Assembly (NCBI GenBank): GCA_024276995.1 | Contig: JAJRWB010000050.1 | Coordinates: 80,359 to 144,358 of the forward strand | DNA: 64,000 nt | Direction of reading: 5' to 3' | Source of the DNA: Candidatus Eiseniibacteriota bacterium | Lineage (GTDB): Bacteria; Orphanbacterota; Orphanbacteria; Orphanbacterales; Orphanbacteraceae | Shown here: piece after piece, positions 17,686 to 26,864 of the stretch | Layout of the letters: each line of letters opens with the position of its first letter | How positions within the stretch are numbered: position 1 is the first letter of the stretch | Position numbers and translations under genes: made by a program | Notes under the pieces: model-generated | The model's database searches: none | Seen by the model: only the letters and a program-made list of their open reading frames with translations | Told to the model about the DNA's origin: nothing

Positions 17686-19209
17686 GTGTCGATCAGCCCA
17701 CAGGGAAGAGCGACCGCCACGGCGACGCTCCTTATCGCCGCCGGGTTCTTCATCCGGCTTCACGGCCTCGGCGCCGAAAGCCTCTGGATCGACGAGGCGC
17801 ACACCGCCGCGGTCGCCCGCATGCCGGTGCTCGAATTGCTGAAAACGGTCGCCCTCGACAACCATCCTCCGCTCTCGTTTCTCGTGGAACGGGGGGCGCT
17901 CCTTCTCCTCGGCGATTCCGAGGCGGCGCTCCGCCTCCCATCGCTCCTCTTCGGAACGCTCACCATCGTGGCGGCCGGAGCGGTCGCGAAGCGTCTCTTC
18001 GGTGAAACGGCGGGATTGATCGTCGCGCTGATCACGGCGCTCTCCCCGTTCCAGCTCCATTATTCCCAGGAAGCCCGATCGTACGAGCTTCTCGCGCTCC
18101 TCACGGCGTGTTCATTCCTCTCTCTCATCCGCTTCGCCGAGCGGCCCACAGCGAAACGGGCGGCGACATACACGGCCGCCACGGTGCTTCTCCTCTACAC
18201 CCACTACTACGGCTTCTTCGCCGTGGCCGCGCAGAACGTTCTCTTCTTCGCGGGCGTCGCCGCCGGTGCGCGCGGATACCGGCGCGGTGTGGCGACGTGG
18301 CTCCTCGTGCAGGGCACGGTGCTTCTCCTTTTCGCGCCGTGGGCCGGCGCCGCGATCCGCGCCGTGAGTGATCGTCTCAGCACCGGCCCGATCCTTCCGC
18401 GTCCGACGGCGCGAAAACTGATCGGTCCGTTCATCTCGTGGGCCGGATCACCGCTCTCGTTTCTCCTTTTCGGCGTACTTTCGTTGAACGCGCTATCCCT
18501 TCCCTTCCGTTCGCCGAGTGACGACCGGACGATGAAATCGCTCTTCCTTCCCATCGGTGAACCGCCCGACAAGGAAAGACGCTCCGACCCTGCGCGGGTA
18601 TTCCTTCTCGCCGTCTGGATCACCATTTCCCTTTATGTACCCATCGTCATGTCGTGGTTCGTTTCTCCCTTCTTCGTCACCCGCTACGCCATCGGCGGTT
18701 CGATCGCCTTCTATATTCTCGTCGCCGCCGGAATCATCTCGATCGGAAGGAGCGGCGTGAGAAAGGCGGTGATCGGCGCGGTGATCCTCCTCTCCCTCGC
18801 CGGCATCCGGCGTTACCATCACGCCGTGAACAAGGAGCCGTGGCGGGAAATCGCCGCCATGGTCGACGCGCGGGCACAAGAAGGCGATCTACTCCTGTTC
18901 AACGCACCGTTCTGCGAGCCTCCCTTCGATTACTATTCGAAGCGGGCCGGCCTGAGACGGGCGAGCTTTCCCGACCCTTACGGCGCGGTGGAGCGATCCG
19001 ACCTCGGGAAGCTCGACACTCTCATCGCCCCATTCGACCGGATCTGGTTCATCGACGCGTACTCCCGCGACAAGGACGGTCTCGTTCGCGACCGGCTCGA
19101 CGAAGCGAGACGGTTCACCGCCGAAAACCTCTTCCCGAGCGAGGCGAGCGCCACGGGGAAGAAGGTGACCGTCGACGTCCGCCTTTATGACGGGGAAAAG
19201 ACGCCATGA
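17686..19209 (+). CDS. GT-C family membrane glycosyltransferase (GT39/GT83-like)
   Basis: GTG 17686, in frame with track ORF 17449..19209 and 3 nt after the GT2 stop, gives VSISPQGRATATATLLIAAGFFIRLHGLGAESLWIDEAHT.. This is a polytopic protein with a DE-containing first loop typical of ArnT/PMT-type enzymes. Confidence 0.7.
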   Translation: MSISPQGRATATATLLIAAGFFIRLHGLGAESLWIDEAHTAAVARMPVLELLKTVALDNHPPLSFLVERGALLLLGDSEAALRLPSLLFGTLTIVAAGAVAKRLFGETAGLIVALITALSPFQLHYSQEARSYELLALLTACSFLSLIRFAERPTAKRAATYTAATVLLLYTHYYGFFAVAAQNVLFFAGVAAGARGYRRGVATWLLVQGTVLLLFAPWAGAAIRAVSDRLSTGPILPRPTARKLIGPFISWAGSPLSFLLFGVLSLNALSLPFRSPSDDRTMKSLFLPIGEPPDKERRSDPARVFLLAVWITISLYVPIVMSWFVSPFFVTRYAIGGSIAFYILVAAGIISIGRSGVRKAVIGAVILLSLAGIRRYHHAVNKEPWREIAAMVDARAQEGDLLLFNAPFCEPPFDYYSKRAGLRRASFPDPYGAVERSDLGKLDTLIAPFDRIWFIDAYSRDKDGLVRDRLDEARRFTAENLFPSEASATGKKVTVDVRLYDGEKTP

Positions 19210-20474
19210 GCGGGGAGAAGATCCGGGTCGACACGATGATCGCCTACCTTTCACAGGCGTTTTACAAGCTCACCGGGTTTCTCATTCTTGCGCTCCTGGC
19301 GCGGTACCTTGCGAAGGACGACATGGGTGCGTTCTTCTTCGCCGCCACGTTCACCTCCCTCGGTGCACTTCTCACCGAGTTGGGAACGAACGCGCACCTG
19401 ACGAGAAGCATCTCCGCCGATCCGGCCGGAGCGCGCCGCGCCGTGAGCGACGTACTCTCTCTCAGGATTCCCCTGGCGGCGACCTGCTTCGTCGCGATCA
19501 CCCTCTTCGCACTTCTCTTCCGCCGGGAGATCTGGATCCTCGTTCTCCTCTCGTCGATCTACGCCCTGATCGAACAGATCTACCATTCCTTCGGCGCTCT
19601 CTTTCTCGGATCGAGGCGGGTCGTGTTCAACGTGACGAGCGGCATGATCTCCCGGGGACTTCTCGTGGCGCTCATCCTGTTCGCCGTGCGCCACCGGTTC
19701 GACGTGCTCGGCGTGGCGGCGTGCTATATCACCGCCGACACGGTGATGCTTGTCATCGCCGTCGCGTTGTCGCGCCGTATCGTTCCCGGCATCCGCCCGC
19801 ACTGGGCGCCCCGGGCCGCGCTCTCCCTCGCACACATCACGTTCCCGCTTTTCGCCATGCAGCTTCTCACGATGATCCATTTCCGGATCGACTCCGTGAT
19901 GATCGGATTCCTGAGGGACTATGCCGACGTGGCCACGTATGAATCGTCGTTCCGCCTTCTCGAGGCGTCACGCTTCATCGTTCTCCCGCTGAGCATGATC
20001 TTCTTTCCCCTCTTTTCCGAAATCGCGGGCAAGGGGAACTGGTACGAACTGAAGCGGTTCGTCTTTCGCCTCACCGGTGCGGCAGCGCTCGCAGGGGGGG
20101 TGATGGCGATAACGGTGATCGCCGGGGCGGCGGTGATCATCCCGGCGGTGTTCGGCAACGGATACGGTGAGTCGATTCCGGTCCTCCGGGTGCTCTTCCT
20201 GTCGGTGCCGATGATCTTCGCCGCCCGGGTCGCCACCTTCTCGGCGAACGCCATGCACCTGGAAAAAAGGTGCGTCCCTGTTCTGCTCGCTTGTACGATG
20301 ATCAACGTGGCGCTCAACGGAGCGGCCATTCCGATTTGGGGCGCCGGGGGCGCCGCGGTGACCACCGTGATTTCCGAAACGATTCTCGCGGTATGGCTGA
20401 TCGTTCTCGTCCGCAACGAAGCGGACCGGCGCATCGCCGGTGCGACGAATGGAGGTGCCGTCGGTGGCCGTTGA
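19206..20474 (+). CDS. polysaccharide/oligosaccharide flippase (MOP superfamily, Wzx-like)
   Basis: 422-aa 12-TM protein. The start overlaps the preceding stop by 4 nt (operon coupling). Confidence 0.7.
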   Translation: MSGEKIRVDTMIAYLSQAFYKLTGFLILALLARYLAKDDMGAFFFAATFTSLGALLTELGTNAHLTRSISADPAGARRAVSDVLSLRIPLAATCFVAITLFALLFRREIWILVLLSSIYALIEQIYHSFGALFLGSRRVVFNVTSGMISRGLLVALILFAVRHRFDVLGVAACYITADTVMLVIAVALSRRIVPGIRPHWAPRAALSLAHITFPLFAMQLLTMIHFRIDSVMIGFLRDYADVATYESSFRLLEASRFIVLPLSMIFFPLFSEIAGKGNWYELKRFVFRLTGAAALAGGVMAITVIAGAAVIIPAVFGNGYGESIPVLRVLFLSVPMIFAARVATFSANAMHLEKRCVPVLLACTMINVALNGAAIPIWGAGGAAVTTVISETILAVWLIVLVRNEADRRIAGATNGGAVGGR

Positions 20475-21504
20475 AACGCTTCATTTCGATTTCCACGGAA
20501 CCGCGGTGACGGTGACGACGAACGATGCCGAAACGGCGCGTTTCGTCGAGTCCGATTTTTCCTGGTTCCTCGTGGAAGAACCGCGCCGAGCCGGTCCCCC
20601 CTCGATCACTGTGGATCTTCATTTCAGCGAAGTTCCCTTCGACAGGATCCCCGAGGGAAAAGTGGCGGCGTACCACACGAAAGACGCCGTGGTATACAAG
20701 GAGGGGAGCACGGCGTTCTACGACTCGGGCGAGGCGCTCGTAATCTACGATTTCGCGGCGCGAAGGGCGGAGGTGCACAGCCTATCGAGAGACCTTCTCT
20801 TCGAGCGGGCGTACTTGATGATCTCGAGCCGCGTGGGCGACGCCATGGATCGGCGGGGACTTCACAGGATCCATGCCATGGGTGTTGCGTACCGGGGCCG
20901 CGGGGTGGTCTGCCTGATGCCTTCGGGCGGCGGCAAGACGACGCTCACGCTCTCGCTCATGAAAGACGAGCGCTTTCAGCTTCTTTCCGAGGAGATCCCC
21001 CTGGTCACGCGGCGGGGCGAGCTCCTTCCCTTCCCGATACGTATGGGCGTCCGCCCCGGCGAGAGCCTGTCGATTCCCGTTGAATTCCTGAAGCCCTTCG
21101 AGCGCACCCACTACGGCCCGAAGACACTCATCGATGTTCGCTGCTTCGCCGGGCGCATCGCCGGTATCACCGAACCGGGAATCGTATTCGCCGGAAAACG
21201 GATTCACTCCGACCGTCCCGCCGTGGTGCCCATTTCACGCATGAAGGCTTTCATGGCGCTTTACCGCTGCTGTGTCGCCGGCGTCGGGTTGCCGCAGATG
21301 CTCGAGTACATCCTCCGGTTCGACCTGTCCGATATCTTCCGGAACACCCCCGTGATTCTCTCGCGCCTGGTCGCGTCGATCCGGCTCATCGGTCGAAGCC
21401 AAACCTACGAGCTTCGCCTCGGGCGGGACCGCGAGGCGAATGCGCGCTGCGTGGCGGATTTCGTCGCGTCCATCTTTTCCGGCGAGAGGAGGGAGCGGAA
21501 GTGA
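20440..21504 (+). CDS. HPr-kinase-like P-loop kinase (HprK C-terminal-domain family)
   Basis: P-loop LMPSGGGKTTLTLSLM in an HprK/P-like C-domain context (GVAYRGRGVVCLMPSGGGKTT). It is embedded between the flippase and the GT4 gene with overlapping boundaries. Confidence 0.65.
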   Translation: MRRMEVPSVAVETLHFDFHGTAVTVTTNDAETARFVESDFSWFLVEEPRRAGPPSITVDLHFSEVPFDRIPEGKVAAYHTKDAVVYKEGSTAFYDSGEALVIYDFAARRAEVHSLSRDLLFERAYLMISSRVGDAMDRRGLHRIHAMGVAYRGRGVVCLMPSGGGKTTLTLSLMKDERFQLLSEEIPLVTRRGELLPFPIRMGVRPGESLSIPVEFLKPFERTHYGPKTLIDVRCFAGRIAGITEPGIVFAGKRIHSDRPAVVPISRMKAFMALYRCCVAGVGLPQMLEYILRFDLSDIFRNTPVILSRLVASIRLIGRSQTYELRLGRDREANARCVADFVASIFSGERRERK

Positions 21505-22685
21505 TCCGCCCGTTTCGAATCGCCATGGTGGCCGCCTGCCCCTTCCCGTGGCCCCGGGGAACGCCGATCCGGATCCTGCGCATGGCGGAGGTCCTGGCGG
21601 CGCGCGGACACGAGGTTCACGTGGTGACATATCATCACGGAAGAGATGACGACCGTTCGATCGATACCCTGCATATCCACAGGACACGGAAAGTCCCGTT
21701 TTGCGGGAAGTATGCTCCCGGCCCGACGTACGGCAAGCTCTTCCTTCTCGATCCCCTTCTCGCCCGACTTCTAGGGCGGGTCATCCACCGCCGGGGGATC
21801 GACGTGGTGCACGCCCATCACTACGAGGGTCTTCTCGCCGGCGCCTTTGCCGTGAGAAGGACGAAACTCCCCCTCGTCTACGACGCCCACACGCTGCTCG
21901 AATCGGAGCTTCCGTCGTACGGCCTCGGTCTTCCCCGGCGTGTGAAAAGAGCGCTCGGGCGCGCCATCGACGAGAGGCTTCCCCCCATGGCGAACCACGT
22001 CGTGAGCGTGACGGCGAGGATCCGGGAGAAGCTGATCGCCATGGGCCGAATCGACGAGGGGGCCGTTACCGTGGTGCCGAACGGCGTCGAGTTCGACCGC
22101 TTCGCGGCGATTTCGCCGGCGGGCGGCGGAAAAGACCGGTCGAACCGTCTCGTGTTCGCGGGGAATCTCGCCCCCTACCAGGGAATCGAGAAAATGCTCG
22201 CCGCGCTGCGCGACGTCGCCCGCGCCGTTCCCGGCGTGCGCCTCCGCTTGGTGACGAATTCCTCGTTCGCGCCGTACGAGCGCCTTGCGCGCGAACTCGG
22301 CGTCCGCCGCGCCGTCGAGCTGATCCCCTCGTCCTTCGCCGACCTTCCCCGCCAACTCTCCGAGGCTGCGGTGGCGCTCAACCCGCGCACCGGATGCGAC
22401 GGCATTCCGCAGAAGCTTCTCAACTATATGGCGGCCGGTCTGCCCACCGTTTCCTTCGAGAGTTCCGCCCCGTGTGTCGATCATGGGAAGACCGGCTGGG
22501 TCGCCCCGGACGGCGACACCGCCGCCTTCGCCGCCGGGATCGTCCGCCTGCTGGGCGACGGCGATCTGGCGGGGCGTCTCGGCGCGGGTGGGCGTGAATT
22601 CGTCCGTACCCGCCACACGTGGGAGGAGAGCGCGGCGGCGCTCGAGAGGATCTACGACGATCTCACAGGAGGCGATGCGCGCTGA
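21501..22685 (+). CDS. GT4-family glycosyltransferase
   Basis: GT-B fold with typical GT4 C-terminal region (LVFAGNL..LNPRTGCDGIPQKLLNYMAAGLPTV). The start overlaps the kinase stop (ATGA). Confidence 0.85.
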   Translation: MIRPFRIAMVAACPFPWPRGTPIRILRMAEVLAARGHEVHVVTYHHGRDDDRSIDTLHIHRTRKVPFCGKYAPGPTYGKLFLLDPLLARLLGRVIHRRGIDVVHAHHYEGLLAGAFAVRRTKLPLVYDAHTLLESELPSYGLGLPRRVKRALGRAIDERLPPMANHVVSVTARIREKLIAMGRIDEGAVTVVPNGVEFDRFAAISPAGGGKDRSNRLVFAGNLAPYQGIEKMLAALRDVARAVPGVRLRLVTNSSFAPYERLARELGVRRAVELIPSSFADLPRQLSEAAVALNPRTGCDGIPQKLLNYMAAGLPTVSFESSAPCVDHGKTGWVAPDGDTAAFAAGIVRLLGDGDLAGRLGAGGREFVRTRHTWEESAAALERIYDDLTGGDAR

Positions 22686-22744
22686 ACCGGTTCTCGCCCA
22701 GGCTGTTTCTGAGGAGGTTCGTGCTCGCCACGTCCTTCCCCCCG

Positions 22745-24301
22745 ATGCTCCAGCTCTACACGCTGGCGTACACGGCGGTCACCCGCATCGCCCTTCGTCT
22801 TTTCCGCCGCTACGACGCCGTGAGAGCGGTCTACCTCCGCCGCGGGGGCGCCAGAGGCGAGATCCTCCCGCTGGTGAGCGACATCGATTTCGCCCTGATC
22901 AGTGAGAACCTCGACGACGCCGACCGCAACGAACTTCTCGATGGCTACGAGGTCCTCGTGCGGCGAACCACTTTGCTCGACAAGACCCTCGAGATCTACG
23001 ACGAAGAACAGTTCTTCGACGCGTATCGCACGAACGATTACGCCCGCTACCGTTTCGCCGAGGGAAAGAAAACGTGGAAACTCCTCTACGGCCGTGACTA
23101 CGTCGCCGAGCTGCCCGACCTGCCGGACGAAGAGATGGCGGCCGGATACTATACCGAGATCAAGGTGTGGTGGGCGCTCTTCGCGTGGCGCTTCTTCCGG
23201 AGGGGAAAGTACTCCGGCGAACGGGTGACGGAAAACAACGCCTGCTTCAAGACGGTGAGCGAAATTCTCAAGATGGAGACGGCGCTGACGAGAGGGGAGT
23301 GGATCGTTTCGCGCGCCGAGGCGCTCGAACGGGCGGCGGAATTCCTGGATGGAGCCGAGCGCGAGTTCGTCCGGGCGCTGAGCCGGATCGCCGGGCACCG
23401 CTTCCGGCCCAGGCGAAACGGGGTGGTGGACGAGACGCTTTCCTTTCTTCTCGCGAGGCTCGATCGGCTCTACGGAGAACTGCGCTCCCACCCGATCGCC
23501 TCACCCCTGGACGAGCGCTCCCATCTGCTCGACTACGAGAGGAGCGAATCGCCGGGCGCGAAGGAAGAGGATCGCTTCTTCGAAAGGACACTGTCGTTCA
23601 TCGAAAAGAGGTGGGCGGTCCCCGTGCGGGCCGCCCGCGCCGTGCCGGGAGCATACTTCAACATCGACGAGCGTCTCCTCGTCCTCGAAATCGACGGCCA
23701 CAGGCCGCCGCCGGTGAGCGACCTCCTCGCGCTGAACGACCACCTTGCATCGGAGACGGCCCATGTGCGCGGGCGGATCCCGATTTTCCTGCGCATCGGG
23801 AACGCGGCTCTTCGCATCGACCCGGATGACCTGATGCGAAGCTGGCAATCGATCCTCTTTCCACCGTGCAACCCGGACGTTTTCGATCTTCTCGCCCGCG
23901 ACGACTCGCTCGTCGCCGGCCCGCCGTCACGCTCGCCGGCACCGCCGGCCGGTCCGGCGTGGACGCCGCTGGTGCGCCACTTCTTCGATGAAGAGGAGAT
24001 GCTCTTCTACGAACTTCTCCGCAACAAGGCGGTGTATAAATTGAACACGCTCGACTTCTGCCGCATTTTCTGGAAAACAGCGCAGCTCGTCGTGCTGAAC
24101 CGATCGGCTTCGGAGGGAACGATCCGCTACGCCATGACACCCGCGGCCATATCGAGGGAACTCTCCCGCATCGGCGCGGCGATACCGTCGAACCTCCTCG
24201 CCCTAGACCCGATCTATGCGGAGGCGATCTTTGGCGGGGAGAGCGACGTGGGGGAGTTCATTCCGCCGGCGCTCGACTACCTCATGGAGATCGAACGATG
24301 A
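22745..24301 (+). CDS. nucleotidyltransferase-domain protein (Pol-beta-like NTase fold) with large C-terminal domain
   Basis: Internal ATG (MLQLYTLAY..) of track ORF 22619..24301. NTase signature G-x-RG-[ED]-x-x-P-x-SDIDFAL (GGARGEILPLVSDIDFALIS). 519 aa. Confidence 0.6.
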   Translation: MLQLYTLAYTAVTRIALRLFRRYDAVRAVYLRRGGARGEILPLVSDIDFALISENLDDADRNELLDGYEVLVRRTTLLDKTLEIYDEEQFFDAYRTNDYARYRFAEGKKTWKLLYGRDYVAELPDLPDEEMAAGYYTEIKVWWALFAWRFFRRGKYSGERVTENNACFKTVSEILKMETALTRGEWIVSRAEALERAAEFLDGAEREFVRALSRIAGHRFRPRRNGVVDETLSFLLARLDRLYGELRSHPIASPLDERSHLLDYERSESPGAKEEDRFFERTLSFIEKRWAVPVRAARAVPGAYFNIDERLLVLEIDGHRPPPVSDLLALNDHLASETAHVRGRIPIFLRIGNAALRIDPDDLMRSWQSILFPPCNPDVFDLLARDDSLVAGPPSRSPAPPAGPAWTPLVRHFFDEEEMLFYELLRNKAVYKLNTLDFCRIFWKTAQLVVLNRSASEGTIRYAMTPAAISRELSRIGAAIPSNLLALDPIYAEAIFGGESDVGEFIPPALDYLMEIER

Positions 24302-25463
24302 ACGAGGAGAAACGTCTCACCACGTCGGTGGTGGTGGTCACGAAGGACCGCCCCCGCCTGCTCGGCGGACTCCTTCGTTCACTCGTCGCCCAGACGCTTC
24401 CTCCCGACGAAGTGCTGGTGGTGGACAACGGATCGTCGAGAAGCTACAATGAAGTGTTTCGCGAATTCGCGCCGCTTCTCCCGCTCCGAACGGTGGTGGA
24501 GACGAAGCCGGGCATTCCCGCGGCGAGAAACCGCGGCGTCCGGGAAGCGACGGGAGAGATCATCCTGTTCACCGACGATGATTGCGCCGCCGATCCGCGA
24601 TGGGTGGAATGTCTGGTGAAACCGTTCTACAGGAACCCCTATATCGGCGCCGTGGGCGGGGAGATCGATTCTGTCGAGAAGGCGGGCGGTATCGTGGAAG
24701 AGTTCTGCATTTCGGAAACTCTCATGCGAATGGGAAAACGGCCGGACGGCGGGCGATGATCATCGACATCTCGAAAAGCGGCTACCAGCGCGGCTACCTC
24801 CCCGGGAAGGGCATCGGTGTGTTCCACCCCTTCTTCGCCACGGCGAACGCGGCGTTCCGAAAGGAGGCGATCGAAAAGGCGGGCGGCTTCGACCCGAAGT
24901 GCTCCACCGGAGAGGATGTCGATCTTTCGATCCGTGTCGCCCGCGCCGGGTACGAGCTCTGGTTCGAACCGTCGGCACGAATCGTCCATTTCCACCGCTA
25001 TACGCTTAAAGGACTTCTCGTGCAGTGGTATCGGTACGGTCTCGGCCACGCGTATCTCTTCAAGAAGCATTCGCGCCGGAAGAGGCTCGAGTTCTACCGG
25101 TACGACCTCTCACCGAAGAACACCGACCCGTTCGGCATCGCCCGGGTGGCGCGCTTCCCCTTCCCCGTTCACGGTATGATCTTCCTGAGCAGCTTCCACT
25201 TCATGAACGCCGGCGCTCTCGCGGGCGTGGCCGCGTGGCGATTCCTCTCCCCCGCCGCGGCGGCCGTTCCTCTCGCCGTGGCGCTCATCGCCGGATGCTG
25301 GTACTTCTCGATCCGCTTCGACCGGCGCCGCCCGCTCAAATCGACGATCCTCTCCGCCTTGCGGTATGCGGCGGACGGCGCCTACGTACTCGGAGGATTC
25401 GCCGGCGGGATCCGCGAGAGGATGATCTACATCGAGGCGACACGCACCAGACGCCGCCCCTGA
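24298..25463 (+). pseudogene. GT2-family glycosyltransferase, apparent frameshift near 24735-24758
   Basis: ORF 24298..24759 carries the GT-A N-terminus (VVVVTKDRP..VLVVDNGSS..ILFTDDDCAADPRW). ORF 24582..25463, in another frame, carries the GT2 C-terminus (GKGIGVFHPFFATANAAFRKEAIEKAGGFDPKCSTGEDVDLSIRVARAGYEL) plus TM helices. Together they make one normal-length GT2. Confidence 0.5.
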
Positions 25464-25637
25464 CGGTTCGAAGGAAACCGCCATTGAAGGGCGCGTCTCT
25501 CCCGCACGAGCATTGCGTAACTCCTTCCATTATTCGTGTGATTGTGTTATGATCTTATCGCGTTGTCATACGCGCATGGCCGTCGCGCCCCCCCGGCTGT
25601 TCAGCACGATCCATGGAAAACATAAGGAGGATTTCTG

Positions 25638-26693
25638 ATGAAGTTCCGCGCCCTCGTGATCCTCGGCCTGATCGCCGTGACGGCGATTCCCGCCGCAGGA
25701 GCGCAACGGAAAGTGCTCGTCGAGTACTTTTCGAACGATACGTGACCGTACTGCGACGACATCGATCCGGGCATGGAGGCCCGTTTCGGATCGATGTACG
25801 CGGGGCAGGTTGCTCCGATCGAGTGGCACGTCAACTGGCCGAACTCCGCCGACCCGGCCTACCTGTATAATCCTACGGAGGTAGAGGACCGGCGAACTTG
25901 GTACGTCCCGGTGACCTACGTTCCCCAGTTCCGTTTCGACGGGAAGGATATCATCCAGTATAACGGCGTCGACACGACCGCATGGTTCGCCGATTTCGAA
26001 AGAGTGGTCGACAGCCTCCTGCTTCTTTCGAGTCCCATCGCGGTCGATCTCATCCACACGCGGGACGCCGATTCGGTGTATATCACCGTGGTGGTGACCG
26101 TCGAAAACGTACCGAGCGGATCGCTCAACCTCTTCGTAACCGCTTCCGAAGAATGGTATCGCGACTCCCCGTTCGGAAAGCAGTGGTACGTCTTCAGGGA
26201 TATGCTCACCGGCGCCACGGGCGACCCGATTTCGCTCACTACGCCGGGGGAGATCGTATCGATGCAGTACTCTTATCCGATCGATACGCTCTATCATCCC
26301 GCCAGGCTGATCACCACCGCCTGGGTGCAGAAGTCGAGCACCAAGAAGGTGCTCAACTCGGCGAGCGAACTCGTTCCTCTCTACACGGTGGGCGTGCCGG
26401 GGAGCGAGGTGCCGGTGCGGATCGTTCTCGATCAGAACACGCCGAACCCGTTCAACCCGACTACCTCTATCGGCTTCTCCCTCGACAGGGAAAGTCGCGT
26501 GCGGTTATCGGTCTACTCGCAGGCGGGACGGCTCGTCACGAACCTCGTGGACGGCCGGGTCACGCCCGGTTCCCACTCGGCGACGTGGAACGGCACGGAC
26601 CTCACCGGGAAGGCGGTGGGAAGCGGCGTCTACTACTACCGCCTCGACACGGACAAGAACTCTCTCACGGGGAAAATGATCCTCGTTCGCTGA
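25638..26693 (+). CDS. secreted thioredoxin-fold candidate selenoprotein (UxxC motif) with FlgD-Ig/T9SS-type C-terminal sorting domain
   Basis: ATG 25638 with a perfect AAGGAGG RBS 7 nt upstream gives MKFRALVILGLIAVTAIPAAGAQRKVLVEYFSNDT-[TGA 25743-25745]-PYCDDIDPG. This continues in frame into track ORF 25773..26693. The TGA sits where the first Cys of a Trx CxxC motif would be (VLVEYFSNDT-U-PYC), and a cis-Pro region (VTYVPQFRFDGKD) follows. The C-terminus is QNTPNPFNPTTSIGFSL..SGVYYYRLD..KMILVR. Confidence 0.7.
25761..25795 (+). promoter_or_regulatory. SECIS-like stem-loop 15 nt downstream of in-frame UGA
   Basis: AUCGAUCC-GGGC-[AUGGAG]-GCCC-guuuc-GGAUCGAU has an 8-bp lower stem, a 5-nt 3' bulge, a 4-bp upper stem and a 6-nt G-containing apical loop. 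Read directly from the sequence. Confidence 0.5.
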
Positions 26694-26729
26694 CGGCGGA
26701 GCGAACGTCCTGCACTATCGGCCTCCGGA

Positions 26730-26766
26730 GCCCGGGAATCGAACGATCCCGGGCTTTTTTCCTTTT
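26730..26766 (+). terminator. rho-independent terminator after selenoprotein paralog 1
   Basis: GCCCGGG-aatcgaacgat-CCCGGGC followed by TTTTTTCCTTTT. Confidence 0.65.
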
Positions 26767-26792
26767 CAAAACTGTTCACTCCGTTGTATAAT
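26765..26792 (+). promoter_or_regulatory. sigma70-like promoter for paralog 2 (TTCAAA-16 nt-TATAAT)
   Basis: -35 TTCAAA at 26765-26770, a 16-nt spacer, and a perfect -10 TATAAT at 26787-26792, about 70 nt upstream of ATG 26865. Confidence 0.45.
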
Positions 26793-26864
26793 GCATGTTG
26801 TGAATACCTGTGGAATTCACCCGCTCCCGAAAGCCGCAATAGACTCGAACAAAGGAGGAGTACG

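Noticed and set aside
21701-23829. ORFs 21701..22597(+), 21771..22616(-), 22652..23491(-), 23167..23829(+)
   Set aside because: They are alternate or antisense frames over the GT4 and NTase genes and are Arg-rich.
25566-26297. 243-aa minus ORF opposite the first selenoprotein gene
   Set aside because: It is an antisense artefact. The plus frame has RBS, signal peptide, Trx motifs and the sorting domain.
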